Shown piece after piece: positions 18,917 through 28,290 of a DNA stretch of 64,000 nt. The stretch spans positions 32,001 to 96,000 of the forward strand of contig CAVSBO010000016.1 of assembly GCA_963726195.1 (NCBI GenBank), in the 5' to 3' direction. The translations under genes were made by a program, and so were the position numbers. This DNA is from Candidatus Thorarchaeota archaeon (lineage in GTDB: Archaea; Asgardarchaeota; Thorarchaeia; Thorarchaeales; Thorarchaeaceae). Each line of letters starts with the position of its first letter. Position 1 is the first letter of the stretch. The notes under the pieces were generated by a model. It was not told the origin of the DNA, searched no databases, and saw only the letters and a list, made by a program, of their open reading frames with translations.

Positions 18917-20024
18917 CTATTCCGAACTCAATGGGGCAGACTTGGAGCTATCTTTAGGCAAAGCGTAGAGTCTGTTGTCAATGATAACGAAAAAGGCTGT
19001 CTCACCGGGGGACAAGTCAGGGTCTAGTTTGTCTTGATCGACTTCTGTGATTTGGAAAGTCTTTGCGTCCATCAATTGAGCCGGCTGTCCATATGAGCGT
19101 GATAGAACTTGATATTGACGCTTCTCCGACTCCGGGGCAGCGTAGGTCAACAAGCGCCAACTAGAGCTCTTTGGCGTAATCGTGAATCTCTCGCTACTTG
19201 CAAGGTCATGGCATGTTAAGCTCCCTCTGCGAACATATACAACTTGACAGGGTCGGTCACCAACCTTCACGAAGTCGCCGACAGACCATCGGGGTAGTCT
19301 GACAAGTATTGTTACGCGGTACTTCCTTTTTCCCCCCTTATCTTGGCCGGTCAATTTGTAGTTCTCTTTTCTCTCGGCCAAGTAGACATACTGAACCTGA
19401 TCTGCCACAAGCCGGCACATATGTTCCGATCCCAGTTCGAGGTCAAATCCTTTCCGCGTTCTATCTTTCTCAGTGGCATAGGCCTTTGAATCACGGCCGT
19501 ATTCATTCGCTGCGATACGGGTCACTATGGCAAGTATCTCTTCCTCCTCTTCTTCGGTGACGTCCCGGCCGTCAGCCCTAATCTGAAGGATTGCCTCGTG
19601 GTACCCGCCACTGATCATCCCACAGGTGTCACATGTGGAATAGCTGAAACGCACCTCTACAGGATAGACCTCTTCATGCGGCGCTAACGAAGGATGAGAC
19701 TGACCGAATGCTCTGAGGCGGATGTGTACTACACGGTCGAGCCTTTTTTCGATTTCATACGAAATCTCAGCTGTGTTAATCAAGCGCTTGACTTGTTGAG
19801 AAAGGAGCTTGTCTGATCTGCCGCCTCACAAGCTCATCGTCTTCAGAGGAGGAGAGAGTGATTGTTTTCCATCCGCCTGGCACCTTTATCGAACCACACC
19901 GTTTACAAGTCTGGATTTCCAGAGGTGATGTCACGTGGACTAGCTTGTGCTCGTTATTGTAACACTCGTTACAAAGACCGTCGAGCACTGCCGGCTTTCC
20001 ACAGATGTAGCAAGGAGCCGCCAG
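18917..20024 (-). CDS. nmd3: NMD3 ribosome export/biogenesis protein (+1 frameshift near 19814)
   Basis: CYIC..LCNEC, CKRCG, CDTC...GGYHEAILQIRA; upstream of aIF-1A; probable CTG start at 20024 after GGTGA. Confidence 0.88.
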
Positions 20025-20142
20025 ATCATCACCCTATGCCCGATATCGATTTGCGCTTAAAACGTGAAGCATTCTGTCTTATCAACCGACAACGTCGGTT
20101 TGTATTCAGGTCACACTGTTGGAAGAGGACAAGGACTGATGC

Positions 20143-20442
20143 TCATAGACGGACCCACTGTGCATGTGGATGTCCGTCAATGTATATCACCGCCTGTTCA
20201 TGGACCATTCCCGCGTCAATCGCAGCCTTCACTGTGTCATTGCCAATCATGTTGGCGATTGTAGCCTTCTTGAGATGTTGGAGACATGTGTCTAACTCAA
20301 CAAGCTCTCCGCCGTAGAACTCCTCGCTGACCTTGAATTTGATTTTGCCCTCTACTAGCGTTCGACCTAGTAGATTCTTATCGCATATCGCAACTACATA
20401 GTGCTCCGATGTTTCTCGAACGCGCATATATACGGACGCCAA
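20143..20442 (-). CDS. DUF424 family protein
   Basis: VVAICDKNLLG, VSEEFYGG, ATIANMIG, IDGHPHAQ. Confidence 0.85.
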   Translation of the reverse strand: MASVYMRVRETSEHYVVAICDKNLLGRTLVEGKIKFKVSEEFYGGELVELDTCLQHLKKATIANMIGNDTVKAAIDAGMVHEQAVIYIDGHPHAQWVRL

Positions 20443-20634
20443 TATGTGACCTCCAATGATTAGACCAGTCAGACACGTTCATGGGTGCTCACGACTGTTA
20501 AACACCAGTCACGGTCCTAGCCAACATCGTGCTTATGGAAATGCCATTACTCTCAGAAGAGATTGCTCTAGTCTGCTATAAAGTATTGTGGACCAGAACT
20601 CTGCAAGGAAAGCATTGACTGTTCAGTGCCCGCC

Positions 20635-21048
20635 CTAGACAGGCCGGATTGAAGTCCTTGCTCCACATGCGGAGCAACTCAGCCAGTACGCACTCTCGTC
20701 TCTCAATTCGCTAGTATCGGGGCGTCCGCAGACTGGGCATATCACATAGTAGTCGATATAGTGAGCCAGAACATCATCCACCGCATCGGCAGTGAACTTG
20801 CCCTGAAAGACAGCATTGCTACCCTCGAAACCGCCAGCCGTCGCAAGCTGCCCTGAGATGTACTTAAGGACCTCCTTGCCTGGTCTATTCAGGACTTCTA
20901 CGATCTCGTGAAAGTTCTGCCAGAGGCTCCTGTTTCCCTGTACCATCAACTGAACCTTCGGAACCTGAAAACGCTCTCCGGAGCGCTTGAAAGCATCAGC
21001 AGGTACCTGGGACCTAGCTCTCTGGAGAATCTTCTCGTAGTCGTCCAT
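20635..21048 (-). CDS. eif2b: Translation initiation factor aIF-2 beta
   Basis: YEKIL.RA, ERF.VP, LNR, YVICPVCGRPDT, CSACGA. Confidence 0.93.
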   Translation of the reverse strand: MDDYEKILQRARSQVPADAFKRSGERFQVPKVQLMVQGNRSLWQNFHEIVEVLNRPGKEVLKYISGQLATAGGFEGSNAVFQGKFTADAVDDVLAHYIDYYVICPVCGRPDTSELRDESAYWLSCSACGARTSIRPV

Positions 21049-21139
21049 GCTGTTGGCCAGACCGCTAGCGCTATTGAACCTTCTGCTACAACAGCACCTG
21101 CCGCAGGCTGCGTCTGGCTGAATATGAGCCGCACCATTG

Positions 21140-21850
21140 TTAGGTATCGGTCAATACATACCGTCCGACCTTCACTTCCCTGATTCTGTCTTCTCCCTGA
21201 AGGTCGATTACCTTTAGTTGGATATGAGATTTGGAGTGGCCCTTCTTCTCAAAGTATGCGACAATGTCTTCAATCGGCACCCCATCGGGCTTCGCATGTT
21301 TCTGAATGAATTGAAGAATCTGCTTCGATTTCAGTTCAGATGAAGTATCCTCAGCAGGAGCCTCGGATGAACTTACTGTAGGGCGGGCTTCAACAGAGAT
21401 GGCAGTGCCTATCACGTCTTCTTCTGCCAGACCAGCTTCTGCAGTAGATATCCCGCTGCGAGTAATCATAGCCCTAAGACGTTCCAGCTTATGAAGTGTG
21501 ATGTAGTTCGGATCCGTCAGTTCACGTACAATCTCGGGAACTATGTAAACCTCGTTGTCGTATTGCCTGACTTTTCCTATAATCATAACTAGTGTGTTGG
21601 GCGTAACCTTCTCCAGCGACACGGACTCGGCACCCCAAGCCTTGGCTCTGATAGTCTCCGTCCCGTCATCAATCGTCACACTCGCGTAGTTTCCTTGGCC
21701 AGTGTATTGATTCACGATGACCCCAATAAGGACCACACGCCTCAGCTCAACTCCGAATGGAGAGACTATCTTTGGTCCATCGTCCTCACTGTATGTGCCG
21801 TTAACTATGTCTGCAACAGACGTTCTGACGGCGACCAGTCGCTCTCTCAT
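21140..21850 (-). CDS. RPA32/RPA2-like OB-fold protein with C-terminal winged helix
   Basis: RRVVLIGVIV, TIDDGTETIRAK, IIGKVRQY, acidic linker, C-terminal wHTH-like segment. Confidence 0.75.
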   Translation of the reverse strand: MRERLVAVRTSVADIVNGTYSEDDGPKIVSPFGVELRRVVLIGVIVNQYTGQGNYASVTIDDGTETIRAKAWGAESVSLEKVTPNTLVMIIGKVRQYDNEVYIVPEIVRELTDPNYITLHKLERLRAMITRSGISTAEAGLAEEDVIGTAISVEARPTVSSSEAPAEDTSSELKSKQILQFIQKHAKPDGVPIEDIVAYFEKKGHSKSHIQLKVIDLQGEDRIREVKVGRYVLTDT

Positions 21851-21932
21851 GATTGCAATTCACCTGCTGGTAAGCGTTGATGTTCGAGTTGGTATTTATC
21901 GTTCTCGGAACGCAGCGACCGAGGATTGTTTG

Positions 21933-22946
21933 CTAGAAGTAGTCCGTCAACGACCTCTGGTCTGACGAACCTGCAAACTGCTTCATAGACCCTTCAACTC
22001 TGTCAAGACTGAAGTTATGGTCGTCGCAAAGGATTTTGACTATCTTCTCAGGCTCCAAAGCGGACCACCTCGGAGCTTCGAGATGTATCTTTGGCGGATT
22101 CAGGAATATGCTGCGAATCTCTTGAAACGGGAACTCCAATTTCGTGTCTGTTTCTGCCATGATTTTCTCAAGTGTGCCATGCTTTCGCACTAGCTTTAGT
22201 GCGGTTTTCTGTCCGATTCCCTTCACACCCGGGTTGTAGTCAGTACCTACTAGGATTGCTATGTCAATGAGCTGTTCTCTGGTTATGCTCAGCATCTTCA
22301 GGTTCAGGTCCAAATCTATCAGCTCGGGCTCGATTGTCTTGTACGCGTTCGATCTCGCAATGCGACGCCGCCCGCTGATTGTCAGATTACGTATCATTCT
22401 GGGGCAGTTATAGAGAAGTGAATCATTGTCTTGGCTCGCGCTGGCCCATGCATGACCTTCTCTTGCCATCTGTGCGGCAACTGCCTCGCCCTCCGAGGGA
22501 GCTTGAACGACGGGAATGCCAAGTGATGAAATCAATACCTTACTCTCGTCCACCATGTCTGACGTAAGCCTAGAACTAGCCTGCGCCGCCTTTCGAGCAT
22601 CTTCGATGCGCCCCTCCTCCTTGGCTTGCTGCCATGCTTCGTAAGCGGCGTCACGCACCTCGCGTCTGCGTTGGACCTCTCCAGCCTTCAAGACAGGAGG
22701 CGTGCCGTCGAAAACGTATACAGGACGTACACCGTTTTCAAGCAGATTGAGGTTTCTATAGAACAACCCACTAAGATGGCTGGTCACGCGGCCTTTGCTG
22801 TCCATTAGAGGGGTTCCGTCAGGCTGGCGAATTGTCGATAAGAAAGCGTAGATCGTGTTGTAAGCGTCAATTGCAATAGCACGACCTGCCAGTTGACGCA
22901 ACGATATTACATCGGCGTTGATGATATCGCCAAGCTTGGTGCCCAA
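21933..22946 (-). CDS. fen: Flap endonuclease 1
   Basis: AIDAYNTIY.FL..IRQPDGTPL, VFDG, QAPSEGEA, VGTDYNPG, C-terminal PIP box QRSLTDYF; TTG start at 22946 preferred over ORF-track start. Confidence 0.96.
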   Translation of the reverse strand: MGTKLGDIINADVISLRQLAGRAIAIDAYNTIYAFLSTIRQPDGTPLMDSKGRVTSHLSGLFYRNLNLLENGVRPVYVFDGTPPVLKAGEVQRRREVRDAAYEAWQQAKEEGRIEDARKAAQASSRLTSDMVDESKVLISSLGIPVVQAPSEGEAVAAQMAREGHAWASASQDNDSLLYNCPRMIRNLTISGRRRIARSNAYKTIEPELIDLDLNLKMLSITREQLIDIAILVGTDYNPGVKGIGQKTALKLVRKHGTLEKIMAETDTKLEFPFQEIRSIFLNPPKIHLEAPRWSALEPEKIVKILCDDHNFSLDRVEGSMKQFAGSSDQRSLTDYF

Positions 22947-23067
22947 TGTATCAACCCCAGAATAGGGCTGCCACGCTACTCTCAGGCCGTGCATATATGG
23001 TTTGGGCGTGTCTCGCCGTGTTCCGGATATCCGTAGAGGGATTGCCAATCATCGACTCTTCGGTAGA

Positions 23068-23075
23068 TTTATAAA
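23068..23075 (+). promoter_or_regulatory. TATA box upstream of the Zn-finger/aEF1b operon
   Basis: TTTATAAA in the divergent intergenic region. Confidence 0.55.
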
Positions 23076-23120
23076 AAGCACCCCGCTCGAGGCCGAAGAC
23101 CAGCACTCTCTGCCATTTCC

Positions 23121-23309
23121 TTGGTGATTATCTTGTCAATCATGAGAGCATTCAGGTGTACTTCGTGTCACGGTTCAATCTCCCCGAGGGAGAACAGCGT
23201 CAAGTTTCAATGCCCGTCTTGCGGCAGTTTCACAATATGGCGCTGCGAGTCTTGTAGACGCTTCTCGAACAGATACAAATGTCCCAGTTGTGGTTTTGAA
23301 GGACCTTAG
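23121..23309 (+). CDS. Small double zinc-ribbon protein (DUF1610/HVO_2753-like)
   Basis: [28 protein letters not shown]; conserved position before aEF1b. Confidence 0.9.
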   Translation: MVIILSIMRAFRCTSCHGSISPRENSVKFQCPSCGSFTIWRCESCRRFSNRYKCPSCGFEGP

Positions 23310-23330
23310 ACACGAGAGAGTGTGATAACC

Positions 23331-23597
23331 ATGGCCAGAGTAGTGATTACCCTCAAGATTCTGCCAGAAGACGTCGATGTAAGCCTCGATGGTCTGCTCA
23401 AGCGGATAAGAAAGGTGATCCCGAAAGGGACTGAAATACGAGCAACAGAGATAGTGCCCGTGGCATTCGGCCTGAAGGCGCTCAGAATGAATGTGACCAA
23501 GGATGAATCGCTAGGCGGTACAGACGACGTCGAGGAATCAATCAAGGCCCTGAAAGGCGTGGCACAGGTCGAAGTTGAAATGGTCTCGAGGGTCTAG
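23331..23597 (+). CDS. ef1b: Elongation factor aEF-1 beta
   Basis: MARVVITLKILPE, PVAFGLKAL, GGTDDVEE. Confidence 0.93.
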   Translation: MARVVITLKILPEDVDVSLDGLLKRIRKVIPKGTEIRATEIVPVAFGLKALRMNVTKDESLGGTDDVEESIKALKGVAQVEVEMVSRV

Positions 23598-23618
23598 GTC
23601 AAGGGCGCTCTTTTCTTC

Positions 23619-23639
23619 ATCTCAGAGTTTATATGAGAT
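23619..23639 (+). promoter_or_regulatory. cdc48 promoter TATA embedded in the ATCTCA-N9-TGAGAT inverted repeat
   Basis: ATCTCAgagTTTATATGAGAT. Confidence 0.5.
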
Positions 23640-23812
23640 TTCTGCCGCGACCAGCATGACGACGCCTTATCCCCGTCCGCAATTCATTGTGGGCAGAGAA
23701 ATGCTCAAGAGAGCAGAATAGGAACAGATAACACGAAGGCGCTGGGGATACAAATTCATGCCATCGTGGTTTCTGGGAATGGAACCGATATTTCGGAGGA
23801 TGTGTCAAGCCA

Positions 23813-26005
23813 GTGGTTGAGATTGTACTCAAAGTGGCTGAGGCCGAACATAGAGACATTGGCAGATTCATCGTGAGAATTGATGCCGTGTCCATGGAGA
23901 AACTCGCGGTAAGAACAGGAGATATCATTCAAATCAAGGGTAAGAGGATGACCGCAGCCATTGCTTGGCCCGCATATCAAGGGGACAAGGGTCGCGAGAT
24001 AATCCGGATGGACGGCCGAATAAGGAGAAATGCTGGCGTAAGCCTCAGTGAGAAAGTGACGGTCGCAAGGGCAAACGAAGAACCCGCCAGAAATGTGACA
24101 CTGGCTCCAACCTCGGTGCCAATCCGTCCCGAGCCGAGATTCGAGGAATTCGTCAAACGCAAACTCCTGAACTGCCCAGTCAGTGCTCAGGATACTGTCT
24201 TTATACCGATTCTTGGACGAGCCATTCCATTCAAGGTTACATCAACAAAGCCCGCAGGCACGGTTGTGGTACAGCATTCAACAATTCTTGCAATCGCAGA
24301 GAAGCCAACTGGGGAGACAGCCGGTGCTTCTCAAGTTACATACGAGGAAATCGGCGGGCTTGCAGAGCCAATTCAGAGAATCCGAGAGATGGTTGAGCTA
24401 CCCATGCGCCATCCCGAGATTTTCAAGCGACTTGGAATAGATCCACCGCGAGGACTCATTTTGCATGGACCGCCTGGTACTGGGAAGACGCTTCTTGCCA
24501 AGGCTGTGGCCAGCGAGTCTGAAGCGAACTTCACACATATCAACGGACCGGAAATCATGTCCAAGTTCTACGGCGAGTCTGAACAAAAGCTGAGGAAGAT
24601 ATTCGAGGATGCTGAAGAAAATGCACCGAGTATTATCTTCATCGATGAGCTTGATGCCATAGCGCCGAAGAGAGAGGAAGTTCAAGGAGAGGTGGAGCGT
24701 AGAGTAGTTGCCCAGTTGCTCGCCACCATGGATGGGTTGAAGTCCAGAGGGCAAGTTGTGGTCATTGGAGTGACAAACAGGCTAAATGCGTTGGACCCAG
24801 CCCTAAGGCGGCCAGGAAGATTTGACCGGGAGATAGAGATTGGAGTTCCTACCGAGGCAGGCAGGCTAGAGGTTCTCCACATTCACTCTAGAGGTATGCC
24901 GCTGACGACCGAAGGCGACAACCGAGTTGATTTGCAGGAATTGGCCAGAGTCACACACGGTTTCGTGGGAGCTGACTTGCAGGCTCTCTGCAGAGAAGCC
25001 GCCATGAAAGCTCTGAGAAGATACCTCCCACATATCAATCTCGCAGAGGAGGAGATACCTCAGGAGGTCCTCGATCAACTCGAAGTCAATTCCGAGGATT
25101 TTTCGGGAGCACTAAGAGAAGTGCAGCCTTCTGCCGTCAGGGAGGTATACATAGAGATACCCAATGTCAGATGGGAAGAGATAGGCGGTTTGGCTGCAGA
25201 GAAGCAGGAACTAATCGAAGTGGTCGAATGGCCTCTGAAGAGACCCGATGCGTTTCGGCGCATGGGTATCAGTCCTCCGAAGGGCGTCTTGATATTTGGA
25301 CCCCCAGGATGTGGGAAGACTCTGTTGGCAAGGGCTGTAGCAACAGAGAGCGAAGCAAACTTCATCAGCGTGAAAGGGCCAGAACTCCTCTCCAAGTGGG
25401 TGGGTGAGAGTGAGAAAGCTATTCGGGAAATCTTCCGGAAAGCTAGAACTGCGGCACCAGCAATCATTTTCTTTGACGAAATCGATGCCATAGCTCCCAC
25501 AAGGGGACTCAATGCCGGTGACAGCCATGTAACCGAGAGGGTAATCAGTCAGCTCTTGACTGAGATGGATGGGTTGGAAACCACAAAGGACTTGCTTGTG
25601 CTGGCTGCCACCAATAGACCAGACCTTATTGATACAGCCCTGCTTCGTACCGGCCGATTCGATCGTTTTGTTTACGTCGGCGCGCCCGATGACAAGGGCA
25701 GGGAGGAGATATTCAAGATTTACACTGCCAGTATGCCTCTAGAGTCGGATGTTGACATCAAGAAGCTTGTCGAACTCACTCCGTATTTCGTTGGAGGAGA
25801 CATCGAAGCTCTGTGTAGAGAGGCAGGAATGCGCGCACTGAGAGACAATATGGATGCCGACAAAGTTTCTTGGAAGAACTTCGATGATGCATTGAAGTCG
25901 ATTCATCCGTCGGTGAAGCCTGAAGACCTCCAGCGCTTCCAGAAGATTAACCAAGAATTGCGCAGGACCACGACAATTTCTGTCGGGCCTCCGGGATACA
26001 TATGA
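23813..26005 (+). CDS. cdc48: Cdc48/VCP (p97) AAA+ ATPase
   Basis: N-domain plus two AAA modules ([24 protein letters not shown]); C-terminal HbYX-like GYI. Confidence 0.97.
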   Translation: MVEIVLKVAEAEHRDIGRFIVRIDAVSMEKLAVRTGDIIQIKGKRMTAAIAWPAYQGDKGREIIRMDGRIRRNAGVSLSEKVTVARANEEPARNVTLAPTSVPIRPEPRFEEFVKRKLLNCPVSAQDTVFIPILGRAIPFKVTSTKPAGTVVVQHSTILAIAEKPTGETAGASQVTYEEIGGLAEPIQRIREMVELPMRHPEIFKRLGIDPPRGLILHGPPGTGKTLLAKAVASESEANFTHINGPEIMSKFYGESEQKLRKIFEDAEENAPSIIFIDELDAIAPKREEVQGEVERRVVAQLLATMDGLKSRGQVVVIGVTNRLNALDPALRRPGRFDREIEIGVPTEAGRLEVLHIHSRGMPLTTEGDNRVDLQELARVTHGFVGADLQALCREAAMKALRRYLPHINLAEEEIPQEVLDQLEVNSEDFSGALREVQPSAVREVYIEIPNVRWEEIGGLAAEKQELIEVVEWPLKRPDAFRRMGISPPKGVLIFGPPGCGKTLLARAVATESEANFISVKGPELLSKWVGESEKAIREIFRKARTAAPAIIFFDEIDAIAPTRGLNAGDSHVTERVISQLLTEMDGLETTKDLLVLAATNRPDLIDTALLRTGRFDRFVYVGAPDDKGREEIFKIYTASMPLESDVDIKKLVELTPYFVGGDIEALCREAGMRALRDNMDADKVSWKNFDDALKSIHPSVKPEDLQRFQKINQELRRTTTISVGPPGYI

Positions 26006-26025
26006 GAAATGGGAAGTGATAGGAA

Positions 26026-26286
26026 TTGTCAGGTTGGAATGCAGTACCGCTCAGGAGCCTAGTAGTGACCATACTGAAGAAGCGTCACGGCGTAACGCTT
26101 GATGACGAACTGATACGCGCGCTCAAGAAGGAACTTGGAGCTGAGCCAAGCGAAGCCGAGTTAAATTCTGCGCTGATGCAGCTCGAGATTAATGGGCTCA
26201 TACACGTAAGCCAAATCACAAAGACAAAGCGGCGCATCGAGATAATCGGAGAAGGTACAGAGTTTCTGGCCGTGGACGAGGATTAG
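26026..26286 (+). CDS. Small winged-helix hypothetical protein
   Basis: DDELIRAL...SEAELNSALMQLEINGLIHV; co-oriented after cdc48. Confidence 0.7.
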   Translation: MSGWNAVPLRSLVVTILKKRHGVTLDDELIRALKKELGAEPSEAELNSALMQLEINGLIHVSQITKTKRRIEIIGEGTEFLAVDED

Positions 26287-26309
26287 GTGAGACTGCACCT
26301 AGGGGGCGC

Positions 26310-26819
26310 TTGCCTATGACCGCCAAGAAAGTGCTGACTGCTGGCAAGTTCGATATCCTTCACCTTGGTCATCTGGCATATCTCGAGCAGGCAAGAAAGC
26401 TCGCCGGACCGGATGGCGAACTCATCGTTGTTGTTGCTTTGGACAAGACCATAGAGAGAGAAAGAGGGGCACCGCCCGTTTTTCCTCAGGATCAAAGGCG
26501 TCGGCTAGTCGAATCTTTGAAAATCGTAGACAAAGCAATTCTAGGTTATGATACCGATGACCACACTACAATTGTGGTTGACAACAGACCTGACATTGTC
26601 GCCTTGGGTTACGACCAAAAGACAAACATCGAAGCTTTGGAGAGAAGCATAAAGGAACACGGCCTGAATACGAAAATAGTGCGGCTCGAAAAGGGAAAGG
26701 TGAGCGGACTCTCGTCTTCCACTGTCATCAGGAGGAGAGTAATCGAGTTCTACAGCGACAATGGGCGGGAGCGACCACTCAAATCACAAGCTCGCCCCGA
26801 TCCTGAGCCTCGTGAATGA
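26310..26819 (+). CDS. ribL: Archaeal FAD synthase (cytidyltransferase family)
   Basis: GKFDILHLGH, VVVALD, PDIVALGYDQ, SSSTVI. Confidence 0.8.
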   Translation: MPMTAKKVLTAGKFDILHLGHLAYLEQARKLAGPDGELIVVVALDKTIERERGAPPVFPQDQRRRLVESLKIVDKAILGYDTDDHTTIVVDNRPDIVALGYDQKTNIEALERSIKEHGLNTKIVRLEKGKVSGLSSSTVIRRRVIEFYSDNGRERPLKSQARPDPEPRE

Positions 26820-28119
26820 GACGCGCTTTCAGTTCTCTGCGTTCAAAAGTCCACTTCCACACGCGGTATGACACAAATGTGAGCATTCCCATAAGGGCTA
26901 GCCCTCCTAGCGTTTCCCAACCAGAAGTGAAATGACCCATGAAATCAGGAAGTGGACCACTTATGAAATACCACCAATTCACGGCTAATCCGTACGCGTA
27001 GAGCAGACCCACGACCGTCACTTCCTTCAAGTAACCGATAGCTTGCCTATCGTTTTCGAAAGAGAATATCGCGATGCCGAGCCAGAAGAGATACCACGGC
27101 ATAACCCAGCGATAGACGAATAGCAAGGAAGGAAGAAGGTACACATACAAGGGCACCAGGACCTTGATTTTCTCGAGCGTCGTCTTGCCCTTGAACTCGC
27201 TTCTCTTGGGAATGTAAAGACGAACTGTGTAGAGCATGAATGTGACGTAGATAATCAGCGGTATCAATGCCGGAGGCCATATGTAGTAGATCACCGGATT
27301 GTGTGTCAAGTCAGGAGTTCCGAAGTACAAGCCTGGATACATCGGATTTACGATATATGACGAGTAGGTTGCAGTGTTCAGGAAGTGGGATAACAGTGAG
27401 TCGAAATTGGCGCTTAGGAACAGAAACGGAATCACAGTGAAGAGCATGGACAGAAAGAACCAGATAGATGATATTGGCGAGTCTAGGAACAAAAGCGGAA
27501 AAGCCACTCCCGGGTATATCTTGGTCTGAACACCAAGACCAAGAGTGAACATCGCCTTTCCCATCTGACCCTCCCTCCATAGTACAAGCGCCATCAGCAT
27601 CAAGCAGTCAGCGAGGGGTTCGTTCTTGCCGCCCCCTGCAGACATCAAGAGACCGTAGACATAGTATCCGCCAAAGAACATCCGCGCCCAATTCTGGGTG
27701 TATATCTTGTCCTTGAGCAGAATCGCTATCAGGACGAGATTGAGGTTAAAGACAAGAACCAACAGGAAGTTCAGCCACCAATGCTGTAGTGCACTCTCTT
27801 GGCCGGGGAACAGCCAAGTCGCTATAGCAAAGAAAATCAGACTGAACACGGGGTACTCGTATGTGACGGAGCCAAGATAGGGAGGTAGTGTGTGTCTAGT
27901 GTCATTGAATACTGGCAGGGCATGAACGACCTGTGTGTCCGTCATGTTGTAGACTCCGAAGCCAAAAACCCAGAATGCCTCTCCGTACATTTCATTCCTG
28001 TTGCGATCGCGCTCGATTACAAAGGAGTCCGCTATCGGAATAGCAATTATCGATATGATTAGGCTTAGCACCAAGTACTTCCGCATCTCGTATATCTTGT
28101 AGGAGATGGCGCTAAGCAT
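26779..28119 (-). CDS. Polytopic GT-C-fold glycosyltransferase-like protein (GT87/DUF2029-like)
   Basis: YEYPVF first-loop motif, about 11 TM helices, GKNE, G..TKIYP, PWY..W. Confidence 0.6.
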   Translation of the reverse strand: MLSAISYKIYEMRKYLVLSLIISIIAIPIADSFVIERDRNRNEMYGEAFWVFGFGVYNMTDTQVVHALPVFNDTRHTLPPYLGSVTYEYPVFSLIFFAIATWLFPGQESALQHWWLNFLLVLVFNLNLVLIAILLKDKIYTQNWARMFFGGYYVYGLLMSAGGGKNEPLADCLMLMALVLWREGQMGKAMFTLGLGVQTKIYPGVAFPLLFLDSPISSIWFFLSMLFTVIPFLFLSANFDSLLSHFLNTATYSSYIVNPMYPGLYFGTPDLTHNPVIYYIWPPALIPLIIYVTFMLYTVRLYIPKRSEFKGKTTLEKIKVLVPLYVYLLPSLLFVYRWVMPWYLFWLGIAIFSFENDRQAIGYLKEVTVVGLLYAYGLAVNWWYFISGPLPDFMGHFTSGWETLGGLALMGMLTFVSYRVWKWTFERRELKARLIHEAQDRGELVI

Positions 28120-28290
28120 TCTAGGAGACCGCCGTGATTCTTACTGCGAAAAAGCAACGTTAACGAACTCCGAGCTGAGGTTTTAATTAACCTTTTGTCG
28201 AACGTGAATCCCGAATCGGCAAACTAGGAAACTAGCAGGACTGGTGTCTCGATATTGGCCCTGATTCCTCGAACATAGAGGCAGCGAAGA

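Noticed and set aside
22947-23048. N-terminal extensions given by the ORF track for FEN1 (also Hef, DeoC, LipS1-like)
   Set aside because: Family homology and SD positions begin at downstream starts
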